DNA of 64,000 bases. Origin: an uncultured archaeon (GTDB lineage Archaea > Thermoplasmatota > Thermoplasmata > Thermoplasmatales > Thermoplasmataceae). Below, piece by piece: positions 29,938 through 39,285 of this stretch. How positions within the stretch are numbered: the first letter of the stretch is position 1; every line of letters begins with the position of its first letter. Made by a program: the position numbers and the translations under genes. Where the stretch lies: NCBI GenBank assembly GCA_000965745.1, contig CP009479.1, positions 1,312,001 through 1,376,000 on the forward strand. The letters run 5' to 3'. A model generated the notes under the pieces. It was not told the origin of the DNA. It ran no database searches and saw nothing but the letters and a program-made list of their open reading frames with translations.

Positions 29938-30773
29938 TGGCAAGAGATATCCTGACAAGACTGGTAATAAATTTCGTAATAATGATTCCTGCACTTTCCA
30001 TCTTGGTCTACGTTCTTCCATACTCAGCGACTGAATTCAACTACGCCATGGTGCTGATCCTGGTTTCTATCCCGTTCATAAAATTTCTGACGCCATCCCC
30101 TTACAAGGGTGCAGTATACCCTCTTTCCGCGATCATATTCCTTCTGCTGGTTCTGGTGACTCTTCTCACCAACTTCACCACTGTATTTTCCGGGACATAC
30201 GCGCAATTCATATCACTCCCGCTGCACATTTCCACCTTTGTTTCAGCGATTGTGGCATTGAGCATGATCCTGGTGGCTGAGGGCATCCTTTCAGACAGGA
30301 TCTACAGAACTGTAGCACTTCTCATGCTTTCACTGGGAGGGCTTCTGGACCAACTGGCAATAGTGACAAACATGGTTGCCAACGGAACCTCGTATTTTGT
30401 GGCATATGAATTCATAAACGGCGAAGAAGTTTATTCCCTGTACACTCTTGTTGTGTACGGATATCAGCTGGTACTCCCGCTGGCCAACCTCAAGATTCCC
30501 ATCGGCACATTCCTGCTGGGTACGTTCGTCGTGTCGATCATAGGAATTCTCACAGCACTCTATATCCGCGGAACAAAAGACAGTCCGGAGACGCTGAACA
30601 GGTTCGGTTATCCTGTGTTCATGGGAAGCATAGTCGGTGCTGCGGCATTCCTCATAATACGCGAGGTGACAAAATATGGGATTCAACTCTCTGTAGTATC
30701 AATCTCGATCGTCGTAACCTTGTTCCTCGTAGGATACACCTCAAGACGAACCAGGAGACTCTTGAAGGATTAG
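29934..30773 (+). CDS. Hypothetical polytopic membrane protein
   Basis: About 8 hydrophobic segments; overlaps the DUF58 stop. Confidence 0.75.
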   Translation: MMARDILTRLVINFVIMIPALSILVYVLPYSATEFNYAMVLILVSIPFIKFLTPSPYKGAVYPLSAIIFLLLVLVTLLTNFTTVFSGTYAQFISLPLHISTFVSAIVALSMILVAEGILSDRIYRTVALLMLSLGGLLDQLAIVTNMVANGTSYFVAYEFINGEEVYSLYTLVVYGYQLVLPLANLKIPIGTFLLGTFVVSIIGILTALYIRGTKDSPETLNRFGYPVFMGSIVGAAAFLIIREVTKYGIQLSVVSISIVVTLFLVGYTSRRTRRLLKD

Positions 30774-30923
30774 TGTGCCCCATGTCCGGGCAATCCTGCA
30801 CGCATTCACGGACAGGATAAGGTGTACAGCTTTCACCCGTCAGGTTTAAGCATCCCGGGGTGGACGCCCCGCGGAATAATGAATAGAGCCAAAGATTAAT
30901 ACATCTCATGTATCCAACAAGGG

Positions 30924-32189
30924 ATGACTTCCACTTTAATCGAAAATGCCATGATTGTTACCCAGAACTCGCTCAGGGAGATTATAAGAGGAAACATCCT
31001 GATTGAAAACGACAGGATTTCTTATATCGGAAATGAAAAGAAAGAGGCGGACACGGTCTTATCCGGGAAAAACAAGATTGCCATGCCCGGCATGATCAAT
31101 ACCCACTCTCATGCGGCAATGGGGCATTTCAAGGGTCTTCTTGACGACATGAGCCTTGAGGGATTTCTTGAGAAGACTTTCAAGCTCGACTCAGAAAGAT
31201 CGGAGGAAGGCATCTACAACTCTTCCAGATTGAGTATGCTAGAAATGGTTGACTCAGGCATAACTTCCTTTGTGGATCTCTACTACTCGGAAGACATGGT
31301 GGCAAATGCCGCCAGGGAGATTGGAATAAGATCGTTCCTTTCATGGGTTACTCTTGATGAAGAATTCACCACCCAGAAGGGAAGCCCGATAAAGAACGCT
31401 GAGAATTTCATAAATTCAAACAAGAATGATCCACTCATCACACCGTCTATTGGGGTGCAGGGGATATACGTCTCATCAGATGAGAACTACAGGAAGGCTC
31501 TTGACGTATCAGACAGGCATGGCACGATACTCCACACGCATCTTGCGGAGACCAGAAAAGAGGTGTACGATTTCGTAAAGAAAAGTGGTGGAAAACGGCC
31601 CATAGAACACCTTTCTGAAATAGGCATGCTTAACGAGAGATTGCTCGCTGCCCACTGTGTTTGGGCCACTCTCAGGGAAGTGAAACTTCTCGCAAAAGGG
31701 AAGGCTAAAGTATCGTGGAATGCAGTGAGCAATTCCAAGCTTGGCGTGGGGGGAATCGCACCCGTACCAGAAATGCTCGAAAACGGTTTAACTGTGACAT
31801 TGGGCACAGACAGCAACGGCAGCAACAACTCGCTTAACCCGTTCGAAAGCATGAAGTATGCAGCACTTTCTGTCAAGAACGAAAGGTGGGACGCTTCGAA
31901 AATAACTGCCCAGACCGTACTCGATATGGCAACAATAAACGGTGCGATGGCACTTGGCAGGGGAGACCTGGGTTCAATAGAGACAGGAAAGAAAGCTGAC
32001 CTGATACTGCTGGATTCAAGCAGGCCAAATTTGGTTCCAACCACGGAAGTTAACGCGGTCTCCAACATCGTTTACTCTGCCAATACGTCTAATGTGGATA
32101 CTGTGATCATAAACGGCAGGGTGCTCAAGCACAATGGCATCCTTTCCTACGAAAAAATGGAAGAGGTGAGAGAATCCCGTTTCAACTGA
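30924..32189 (+). CDS. Amidohydrolase (MtaD/SAH-MTA deaminase-like)
   Basis: PGMINTHSH, HTHLAET, AHCV, LGTD, GKKADL. Confidence 0.88.
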   Translation: MTSTLIENAMIVTQNSLREIIRGNILIENDRISYIGNEKKEADTVLSGKNKIAMPGMINTHSHAAMGHFKGLLDDMSLEGFLEKTFKLDSERSEEGIYNSSRLSMLEMVDSGITSFVDLYYSEDMVANAAREIGIRSFLSWVTLDEEFTTQKGSPIKNAENFINSNKNDPLITPSIGVQGIYVSSDENYRKALDVSDRHGTILHTHLAETRKEVYDFVKKSGGKRPIEHLSEIGMLNERLLAAHCVWATLREVKLLAKGKAKVSWNAVSNSKLGVGGIAPVPEMLENGLTVTLGTDSNGSNNSLNPFESMKYAALSVKNERWDASKITAQTVLDMATINGAMALGRGDLGSIETGKKADLILLDSSRPNLVPTTEVNAVSNIVYSANTSNVDTVIINGRVLKHNGILSYEKMEEVRESRFN

Positions 32190-32265
32190 AATTAATAATA
32201 TTTTTATAATAAGATAAATTTGATAAACTATATAAAGCGACACTATATTACGTGAGTGAAATACT

Positions 32266-32655
32266 ATGAGTTGGCAAGACGTTGAAGTCAGAGAACTTAA
32301 AGTCGGACGATACATGCTTATTGATGATATACCATGCAAAATCATGGAAATTACAACTTCTAAGCCAGGAAAACACGGTGAAGCCAAGGCAAGAATAGTT
32401 GCCATAGGTATATTCGACAGCCAGAAAAAGAGTGTTGTATTTCCGGTCAAGCACAAGGTAAAGGTTCCAATAATCGAGAAGAAGAATGCACAAGTCCTTT
32501 CCATAGCTAACAATGAGGCTCAGCTAATGGACAGCGAGACCTTTGAAACGTTCATAATTCCAATAGAGCCAGGCGACGAGAACAAGATCAAAGCCGGGAC
32601 GGAGGTATCCTATTGGGAGACCATGGGAATGAGAAAAATAATGCTCCAGAATTAA
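32266..32655 (+). CDS. eif5a: Translation factor aIF5A
   Basis: Hypusine-site motif [10 protein letters not shown]. Confidence 0.96.
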   Translation: MSWQDVEVRELKVGRYMLIDDIPCKIMEITTSKPGKHGEAKARIVAIGIFDSQKKSVVFPVKHKVKVPIIEKKNAQVLSIANNEAQLMDSETFETFIIPIEPGDENKIKAGTEVSYWETMGMRKIMLQN

Positions 32656-33518
32656 GTGGTTATTTCACCCACAGAAAGATCCCGGATGCTATCTCTTCGT
32701 ACGAGGATTCCAGGTATGCGGTCTTCGGTGTTCCATTCGACAACACATCAAGCTACAGGAGAGGCTCCAGGCTGGCTCCTGACTATGTCAGGCAGGCATA
32801 TGGGAATCTGGAGTCTTATGACGTGGCATACAATGTGGATTTTACAGAAGTTCCCGTCTGTGATCTTGGCGACCTCGGGGAATCAGAAGATGTCCGCGAA
32901 GTAGTCGACGAGGTTGAATACGTTTCAGGAAGGATCCTCAAAGACGGCAAGATCCCGGTAATGATTGGCGGGGAGCACTCGATAACCGTGGGCGCGGTGA
33001 GAAATCTCAAAGGCTCATCCATGATCATAATTGATGCCCACTCAGATTTCAGGGACAGCTACATGGGCAATGAATTAAACCATGCATGCGTAACGAGACG
33101 GGCCCTTGACATCCTCGGCCCGGACAGAATAGTTTCGATCGGGACGCGATCCACGTCAAAAGAGGAGTTTCTTTCTGGCAGGAAAGACGAAGTATGGTTC
33201 CTTCCAGCTTCAGAAGTGAGAAAGAAAGGGATAGAGTCGCTGTTTCCTGAGATCGAGAAGTTTCTCGGGGAAAAAGTGTACTTTTCAATAGACATGGATG
33301 GCATTGACCCGGCATACGCTCCAGGGGTGGGAACTCCTGAGCCATACGGACTGAAGGATACGGACGTTCAGTTCCTTGTACGAAAGCTTTCAAAGAAGAC
33401 GTTGGCATTCGACGTCGTAGAAATGACTCCGGTATATGACAATGGGAACACGTCAGTTCTGGCTGCAAAACTCATCCAGGACTTCATCGGCAGCAGGGAA
33501 AGCAAGAAAACCTTCTGA
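32613..33518 (+). CDS. speB: Agmatinase
   Basis: [27 protein letters not shown]; TTG start with SD GGAGGT inside eif5a. Confidence 0.92.
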   Translation: MGDHGNEKNNAPELSGYFTHRKIPDAISSYEDSRYAVFGVPFDNTSSYRRGSRLAPDYVRQAYGNLESYDVAYNVDFTEVPVCDLGDLGESEDVREVVDEVEYVSGRILKDGKIPVMIGGEHSITVGAVRNLKGSSMIIIDAHSDFRDSYMGNELNHACVTRRALDILGPDRIVSIGTRSTSKEEFLSGRKDEVWFLPASEVRKKGIESLFPEIEKFLGEKVYFSIDMDGIDPAYAPGVGTPEPYGLKDTDVQFLVRKLSKKTLAFDVVEMTPVYDNGNTSVLAAKLIQDFIGSRESKKTF

Positions 33519-33648
33519 TGCAGACCCGGTTCCGTGGGCTATAATCCCAGATTCCGCCCACTCGCCATTTATTCCTGAAACAACTTTTGGAAAGTGCGTA
33601 TCGGTAAAATCAGATTAAATGAAGGTAAAACTGGAGTTTAGAAAAATT

Positions 33649-34179
33649 TTAAAGGCCCAGTCTTCCAGCGAGCTCTTTTCCTTTGGTTATCTCTATCCTG
33701 CATGGTGTAGGCAGTTTGAATGAAGCTTTATGCAGTGCGTCTCTCAGCTTCTTTGCCTGATCAGGATTTGATCTTGCAACCATTATCACATCATTGCTGT
33801 GAACTCTTGCTGCAGTTCCAACCGGTCGACCAAAAGCAGCTCTCATTCCACTGGATATTCTATCTGCACCGGCACCTGTGGCCATTTTGTGCTCCCTTAT
33901 CACCTGATGGGGGTAAGGCCTGATGTGCAGAAAGTAGTTTTCTGAACCTGTAATTTCAGTCATTTTCCTGTTAATGGAAATCCTGGCCGCTTCAAGAGCA
34001 ATGTGTCTTATCTGGCAGGATTCTTCAGCTACGAGCCTCATCTCGATCTCAAAGTCTTTCTTCTGGTTTCCCTGTATGAAAGTGGTGATCTTCGGATAAG
34101 GCACACCGCCCATGAATTCTCTCCTGGTATATGCAGGACCGGATATTTTTGTGTACATTCTTGCCGGTTTTCTTGCCAT
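33649..34179 (-). CDS. rpl10e: 50S ribosomal protein L10e/uL16
   Basis: MARKPARMY, LEAARI, AGADRISSGMRAAFGRP. Confidence 0.96.
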   Translation of the reverse strand: MARKPARMYTKISGPAYTRREFMGGVPYPKITTFIQGNQKKDFEIEMRLVAEESCQIRHIALEAARISINRKMTEITGSENYFLHIRPYPHQVIREHKMATGAGADRISSGMRAAFGRPVGTAARVHSNDVIMVARSNPDQAKKLRDALHKASFKLPTPCRIEITKGKELAGRLGL

Positions 34180-34318
34180 TAATATCCCATGGACAATTCA
34201 AATGAATATAAAAAGAGAACGATATGCGCTGTGCTTTTGAGTATGGATGATAACTGCATGCTTATATTTTAATAAATGCGAACAAAGGTAATTATACCTA
34301 AACGGGATTTTGGTGAAT

Positions 34319-34480
34319 ATGAACCGAAAGCCCATAATAGATGTAACACACATTTCTGCCCGCGGCACATCATACAGGATCACACTCCCCAAGAAGATAG
34401 TCAAGAGGCTTAACCTCAGCGAGGATGACATAATCGCATTCTTTGACGACGACGGGGTAAAAATAGATAAAATACAGTGA
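34319..34480 (+). CDS. Small AbrB/MazE-type DNA-binding protein (53 aa; not in the ORF track)
   Basis: Manual translation MNRKPIIDVTHISARGTSYRITLPKKIVKRLNLSEDDIIAFFDDDGVKIDKIQ; SD GGTGA; ITLPK..L.L..D swapped-hairpin signature. Confidence 0.78.
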   Translation: MNRKPIIDVTHISARGTSYRITLPKKIVKRLNLSEDDIIAFFDDDGVKIDKIQ

Positions 34481-34554
34481 AATCAGGAATTTACCAATCA
34501 GTCTTTCAGATTATTTTCAGAAAGGGTTATCAGCTTATTTAAAATCGGGACCGA

Positions 34555-35658
34555 ATGTCAGGAGACGGGAAAATGAGCGATTCTTTCAGGTTGCTGGCTT
34601 CCAGCATCCTATTTTCCGTGGGCCTGTTCAGCCTGACATTCAGTTTTCCCCTCATTGCGGCCTCATACCATTACAGCTACTCATTTATCGGGTTCCTGGG
34701 AGTAGTTCTCGCAATACCTTTCATAGTTATCGCCGGAATATATACACGGCTTGATTTCAAGTACCTGAGGCCGGGAACCATATTTTCCTATGCAGGATCG
34801 GTAGTCATAGCAGTCCTTATGATCTTTAGAAACGAGCACACTTTCATTTATATCTACGTGACCGCCAGCCTTGTTCAGGCCTTCTGGTGGATAACTTCTG
34901 AGATATCACTTAGCCTTGTGCAGGGCGAAGGCAATGCAGAGAAATACTCTGCAGGATGGGGCGTGCCAAATGCAGTAGTGCCTATAATTGCCGGGATAAT
35001 CGTTCAGTATCTTAGCTTTGACATATTGTTTGTCATATCAGCCGCATCCTTTGCACTGGGCCTCTTCTTTATCCCGAAATATGAATTCAGGCCTGTAAAA
35101 GTCAGATTTTCAAACGTGAAACTGAGGTACGTGGCCTCACTTCTATTCGCAGGAATTTCAATGGGTTTCATATTCTTCGTGATAGTTCCTGTCCTGAAGT
35201 ACTACGGCATTAGCTACTCAATTATCGGAATAATTGTGGGCATTTTCGGAGCTTCATCTGCGGTCGGGTACATTCTGCTCAATTTCATGAAGGACAAGAC
35301 AGTGAAATTCTATGCAGTTCTATCCTCGGTTCTCGTGTTCCCGACTTTTATCTTTGGCATAAACCATCATGTCATCCTCGTTTCAGTTCTCATGGTGTCA
35401 ATGGGCCTCGGAACATCAGTGGCAATGTCAAAGATACTGGCCTACGTGTCAGGCTCAGCTTCAGTCAGGCTTGGTGTCTTCTATTACGAGACAGTGTTCG
35501 GCTTAGGGGCCATGATAGGGTCCTTCGGAGGCGGAATACTTTTTCAGTATTTCGGGGGCTCCTCAATTATAATACTGTTCATCCTGCCGATCATATACGT
35601 AGTGGCCTTGCTGGTGTTTGATCGCAAAAATGGTGGAAGAGATCCTGTACCGAACTGA
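34555..35658 (+). CDS. MFS transporter
   Basis: About 12 TM helices in 6+6 arrangement; G.MIGSFGGG.L.Q..G motif. Confidence 0.8.
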   Translation: MSGDGKMSDSFRLLASSILFSVGLFSLTFSFPLIAASYHYSYSFIGFLGVVLAIPFIVIAGIYTRLDFKYLRPGTIFSYAGSVVIAVLMIFRNEHTFIYIYVTASLVQAFWWITSEISLSLVQGEGNAEKYSAGWGVPNAVVPIIAGIIVQYLSFDILFVISAASFALGLFFIPKYEFRPVKVRFSNVKLRYVASLLFAGISMGFIFFVIVPVLKYYGISYSIIGIIVGIFGASSAVGYILLNFMKDKTVKFYAVLSSVLVFPTFIFGINHHVILVSVLMVSMGLGTSVAMSKILAYVSGSASVRLGVFYYETVFGLGAMIGSFGGGILFQYFGGSSIIILFILPIIYVVALLVFDRKNGGRDPVPN

Positions 35659-35661
35659 AAC

Positions 35662-36807
35662 TCAACTCTGATAGTTTCTTGACCTTATGAGCCTTATATT
35701 GAATTCCCCGACGGCATCCCTGTCTATCTGGTGGTGACAGTTCTTGCACTCTAGGGACAGGTCATCCTTCAGGCTGAAGGTAAAATTCCCGCAGCTGGGG
35801 CAGGCGCTCCTCACCCAGAAATTCTCAGGTTTGAGCATTTCCCTGCTGCTTCTGGGAAGGATCTGTTCGGGCTGCTGGTCCTGCACATTACCTTCATCAG
35901 GGTGCGGAACAGGCTCGCTCTGCCGGGCGGCCCTCTCTTGCGTGGCTTTGCTGAAAAGGGTTATGAAACTGTAAACCCCCACGAGGGACCAGACTATCAG
36001 AAACCCGTACATTATGTATGGCACAAGCGGGATCTGGTTCAACTGGAGTATGATGTTGAACTGTGAAACCGTAAAACCGGAAACGATAGAGCGCAAGAGC
36101 CCGAACCTGATGTAAATGTAATTCATTACAAAGAAGCTCACGAAGTTCAGTATTGATGACCCTATGTCCACGGAGGTAAGAAGCGAAGCTATGCCTGCGG
36201 CCAGTACGATCACGGGTAGCTCAGCCTGTTTTAGACTCCGGTCCGGGTTAAGAAAAGCTTTCAGGCTGAGTTTCCTGCTGAAAGAAAGGTACAGTAATGT
36301 TAGTGCAGAAATGGGCAGAAATTGAACTATTATTGATTGTGAAACGGTTGAGCCTATGAAAACGAAGTTCTGAGCCGGAAGGCTCATTCTGAGAACAGGA
36401 TCATTTGCATAAGAGGAGCTTATCTGAGGAGAAATGAGGGATAGAACAAGTTCTATCAGGATGAATATTGAAAGGTACCTGAAGAAGGAAACCCTGTTGG
36501 ATGGCCTCACCCCAACTGACAGGCCTTCTCTTCCAACGAAGAGTGTGGCTATGGAGCCTGTAACTATGACGGCGCTTATGGCAAGGAGAATATAGATAAG
36601 CATCGGGTTTGCTGTCAGATCCAGCAGGAAATAACTGTATGGATTCAACGCCGATATTTCTCCTGTGGACGAGATGGTCCCGGGGAGAAGGGCATAGAAC
36701 GAAATGATAGCTGAAAGAATCCCAAAAACTCCAAACGCGAACAATGCTCTGGCAAAAAGATGCCCTATCAGGTCAGTCCTCGGAGATGGGATTTGCTCGT
36801 CATCCAT
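35662..36807 (-). CDS. Polytopic membrane protein with C-terminal zinc ribbon
   Basis: Multiple TM segments; CPSCG...CKNC at the C-terminus. Confidence 0.75.
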   Translation of the reverse strand: MDDEQIPSPRTDLIGHLFARALFAFGVFGILSAIISFYALLPGTISSTGEISALNPYSYFLLDLTANPMLIYILLAISAVIVTGSIATLFVGREGLSVGVRPSNRVSFFRYLSIFILIELVLSLISPQISSSYANDPVLRMSLPAQNFVFIGSTVSQSIIVQFLPISALTLLYLSFSRKLSLKAFLNPDRSLKQAELPVIVLAAGIASLLTSVDIGSSILNFVSFFVMNYIYIRFGLLRSIVSGFTVSQFNIILQLNQIPLVPYIMYGFLIVWSLVGVYSFITLFSKATQERAARQSEPVPHPDEGNVQDQQPEQILPRSSREMLKPENFWVRSACPSCGNFTFSLKDDLSLECKNCHHQIDRDAVGEFNIRLIRSRNYQS

Positions 36808-37090
36808 TAATAATACATCGAAGCGATATTATTATTGTTTTCTGAACTGTGCAAAAGTGTATTGCCGTGCCAATGCAACTTGTTTGTCCAACAAGCTAAA
36901 ACTTTGAGGCAGGCACTTTTCTTTTGCTAAACAGTGTTCCAACCGTTCCAGTTTCTCCTTTATATATTGATAGTTTCCCGCTCGAAACTACCGCAATAGT
37001 TAAGAAGCAATATTTATATTCATTAATATGCAAAAGGCGCGCTGCGTCCGCATCGTCTACAGAGACAGCTATATCACCTCATTCAGGAGA

Positions 37091-37636
37091 ATGATAAAAA
37101 ACAAGCTGGTTCTTGCCTCTTTTGTTCTGATTTCTTTGGGCATCATCCTGTTCGCTATATCTCTGCAGCAGGCTCAAGTCATCGATTCCAAGCTCATCCA
37201 AACAGGTTCCGTTGCCGTCGACAACAGTTCATATTCAAGCGTTTACTTTGGGGAACCTGCAAACCTTAACTCAACACTCACGTTCGTAATCCCTTCAAAC
37301 CATGCTGTTCAGTACAAGATTTACAGCATCAACAACTATACGGTGAATTTCCACGCCAAGACTTCCATTGCCCTTGTCTCCGAGGGCTATGCTTTCAATG
37401 GCACCAAAGTCGATGTCAAACCCGTATCCAACCCTCAGGGACAGGAATATATGATGATGCTCAAATCAAACAACGGAGCCTCGTTTAAAGTCTATGCAGA
37501 CATCACTGCCAATATATTTCTGGCTGAACCCTCAAACAAGAATGTAGGCGGTCCTGGTGTGATGTTTGGAATGGTCGGGGCAGTTTTGCTCGCAGCAAAA
37601 ATATCTTTCATATACGGGCAGCTGAAAACAATTTGA
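37091..37636 (+). CDS. Hypothetical membrane protein (N- and C-terminal TM, extracellular beta domain)
   Basis: Probable ATG at 37091 after SD AGGAG; N-x-S/T sequons between two TM helices. Confidence 0.65.
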   Translation: MIKNKLVLASFVLISLGIILFAISLQQAQVIDSKLIQTGSVAVDNSSYSSVYFGEPANLNSTLTFVIPSNHAVQYKIYSINNYTVNFHAKTSIALVSEGYAFNGTKVDVKPVSNPQGQEYMMMLKSNNGASFKVYADITANIFLAEPSNKNVGGPGVMFGMVGAVLLAAKISFIYGQLKTI

Positions 37637-37671
37637 TTTGTCAAATAAATTTTGGAGGGAATGGATCCAAC

Positions 37672-38385
37672 TCATTCCAGAAATACAGAGATCCTCTTGC
37701 TTATCTTTCCTTTTACCAGTGAAGTCTTGAACTTGACTGTTCCAACCTCGCTGGTGTTTTTCACATTTGTTCCAATCTCATGCTGCAACGGCAGGTCTCC
37801 TATCTTCAGCACCCTGATCTTGTCAAAGTCAGGAACCTCGTTCTTGCTAATGGCCATGAGATCGCTGTCATTCTGGAACTCTTCCTTTGAGAGGTAGAAT
37901 GTCTCGGTATCGAGGCCGCTCTTCAATGCCTTGTTGGCCTCATCCTCAAGAGATTTGACCATTTCCTCGCTGATTTCGTCAACCCCGATATCAATCCATG
38001 CCTGGTCCTCATAAGTCTGGTTTATTCTGTTTGTGGCCCTATAGAGGCGGAATGCAAGAGAAGTTATAACCTTCAGAGCTGTCCTGAACTTCATGTGCTG
38101 ATATCTTATGTCCCAGTTGATTACCTGGTGTACCGGCTTCCCTTTTACGTCTTCTGAATAGGTGTCAAGAGACATAATGTGGACTTCATTGCCATCTGAC
38201 CATACATCATTTATCGGGTATGTCCTGCCATCAATGATTACCTGCCCCTTGTCATTAGGCTGTCCTCCACCGGTGGGGTAAAAGACAGTCCTGTCTACAA
38301 TAAGATCGGTGAATTCGAACCATTTAACGGTGCCATCGCACTCCTTCAGATAGGCATCGTCAAGATAGAGAAGCTCTGTATCCAT
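37672..38385 (-). CDS. AlaX-M-like alanyl-tRNA editing protein homolog with degenerate zinc site
   Basis: TELLYLDDAY, DRTVFYPTGGGQPND.G, WDIRY.HM, KNTSEVG; metal ligands replaced. Confidence 0.82.
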   Translation of the reverse strand: MDTELLYLDDAYLKECDGTVKWFEFTDLIVDRTVFYPTGGGQPNDKGQVIIDGRTYPINDVWSDGNEVHIMSLDTYSEDVKGKPVHQVINWDIRYQHMKFRTALKVITSLAFRLYRATNRINQTYEDQAWIDIGVDEISEEMVKSLEDEANKALKSGLDTETFYLSKEEFQNDSDLMAISKNEVPDFDKIRVLKIGDLPLQHEIGTNVKNTSEVGTVKFKTSLVKGKISKRISVFLE

Positions 38386-38568
38386 ATGAGCTTGATTGCC
38401 CCTTTTTTTATTAATCTTTTCTGATTGGCTGAAATCATGAGACAAATTTTCCCCTGGAACAGGATAGTGACCATGGCGCATTCATCAGGTCAGTCCCATG
38501 GGTTTTGCTTTACAATTCCGGCTAAAGATTATTATGCCCCATAAGACTAATTCAGAGGATCAAGCTCA

Positions 38569-39285
38569 ATGGTGAATGAATGCATCCTCATGGAGGGAAT
38601 TACAAAAACTTACGATAAGAACGTGGCTCTCAGCAACATGAATATGCGGATACCCTGCGGCGAGCGATATGCTCTTTTAGGGCCGAATGGGGCCGGCAAG
38701 TCAACCACTCTGAAGCTCCTGGTTGGCCTGCTTTTCCCGGATCAGGGAGAAATAGGTATAATGGGAAATGACCCCCGCTCCATGGGGGCAAAGGAAATAA
38801 TCGGGTACCTGCCCGAGGACGCGTCTCCGTATGTAAACCTGTCAGTCAGGGAGAATCTTGAATATCTCGCTTCACTCCGGGGGTTGAGCGACATCAGGGA
38901 GAGGGCGGACGATCTCATGGACACACTCGATCTGCGGGAGTATGAGAAGTATAAGGTCAACAAACTCTCGCGCGGGAACAGGCAGAAGCTCTCGATTGGG
39001 CTCTCTATTATCCACAAGCCCAAGGTTGTTTTGCTGGACGAACCATTGAACTATCTGGACATACCCACGCAGGAGGCAGTAACGTCGCTTTTCAACTCGC
39101 TTGATGCAACGATTCTCTGTTCCACGCATATAATGTCCATTGCAGAAAAGCTCACGGAGAATATACTTATAATTGCCAAAGGGAACGTTGTGTGGAGCGG
39201 AAGCATGAATGACCTCAGGTCCCTGGGTACTGAAGAGGAATCGGTTGAGCACATTGTGTCGAAGTTGATGGTCAATGTTCGGTAA
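38569..39285 (+). CDS. ABC transporter ATP-binding protein
   Basis: [22 protein letters not shown]. Confidence 0.93.
   Translation: MVNECILMEGITKTYDKNVALSNMNMRIPCGERYALLGPNGAGKSTTLKLLVGLLFPDQGEIGIMGNDPRSMGAKEIIGYLPEDASPYVNLSVRENLEYLASLRGLSDIRERADDLMDTLDLREYEKYKVNKLSRGNRQKLSIGLSIIHKPKVVLLDEPLNYLDIPTQEAVTSLFNSLDATILCSTHIMSIAEKLTENILIIAKGNVVWSGSMNDLRSLGTEEESVEHIVSKLMVNVR

Noticed and set aside
20245-30794. CGGGCAAT recurring in three intergenic regions (about 20244, 21906 and 30787) as a REP-like repeat
   Set aside because: Only 8 nt with no extended similarity; not distinguishable from chance
33515-33580. Possible C/D-box sRNA (TGATGC...CTGA) after speB
   Set aside because: Box C is imperfect and there are no convincing C'/D' boxes; the GTGGGC/GCCCAC hairpin is better explained as a terminator between convergent genes
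36967-36990. TTGATAGTTTCC 12-mer shared with 48797-48808 (opposite strand), within the IR TAGTTTC-N6-GAAACTA
   Set aside because: One shared AT-rich 12-mer among several kb of intergenic DNA is about what chance predicts, and the second site lacks the palindrome
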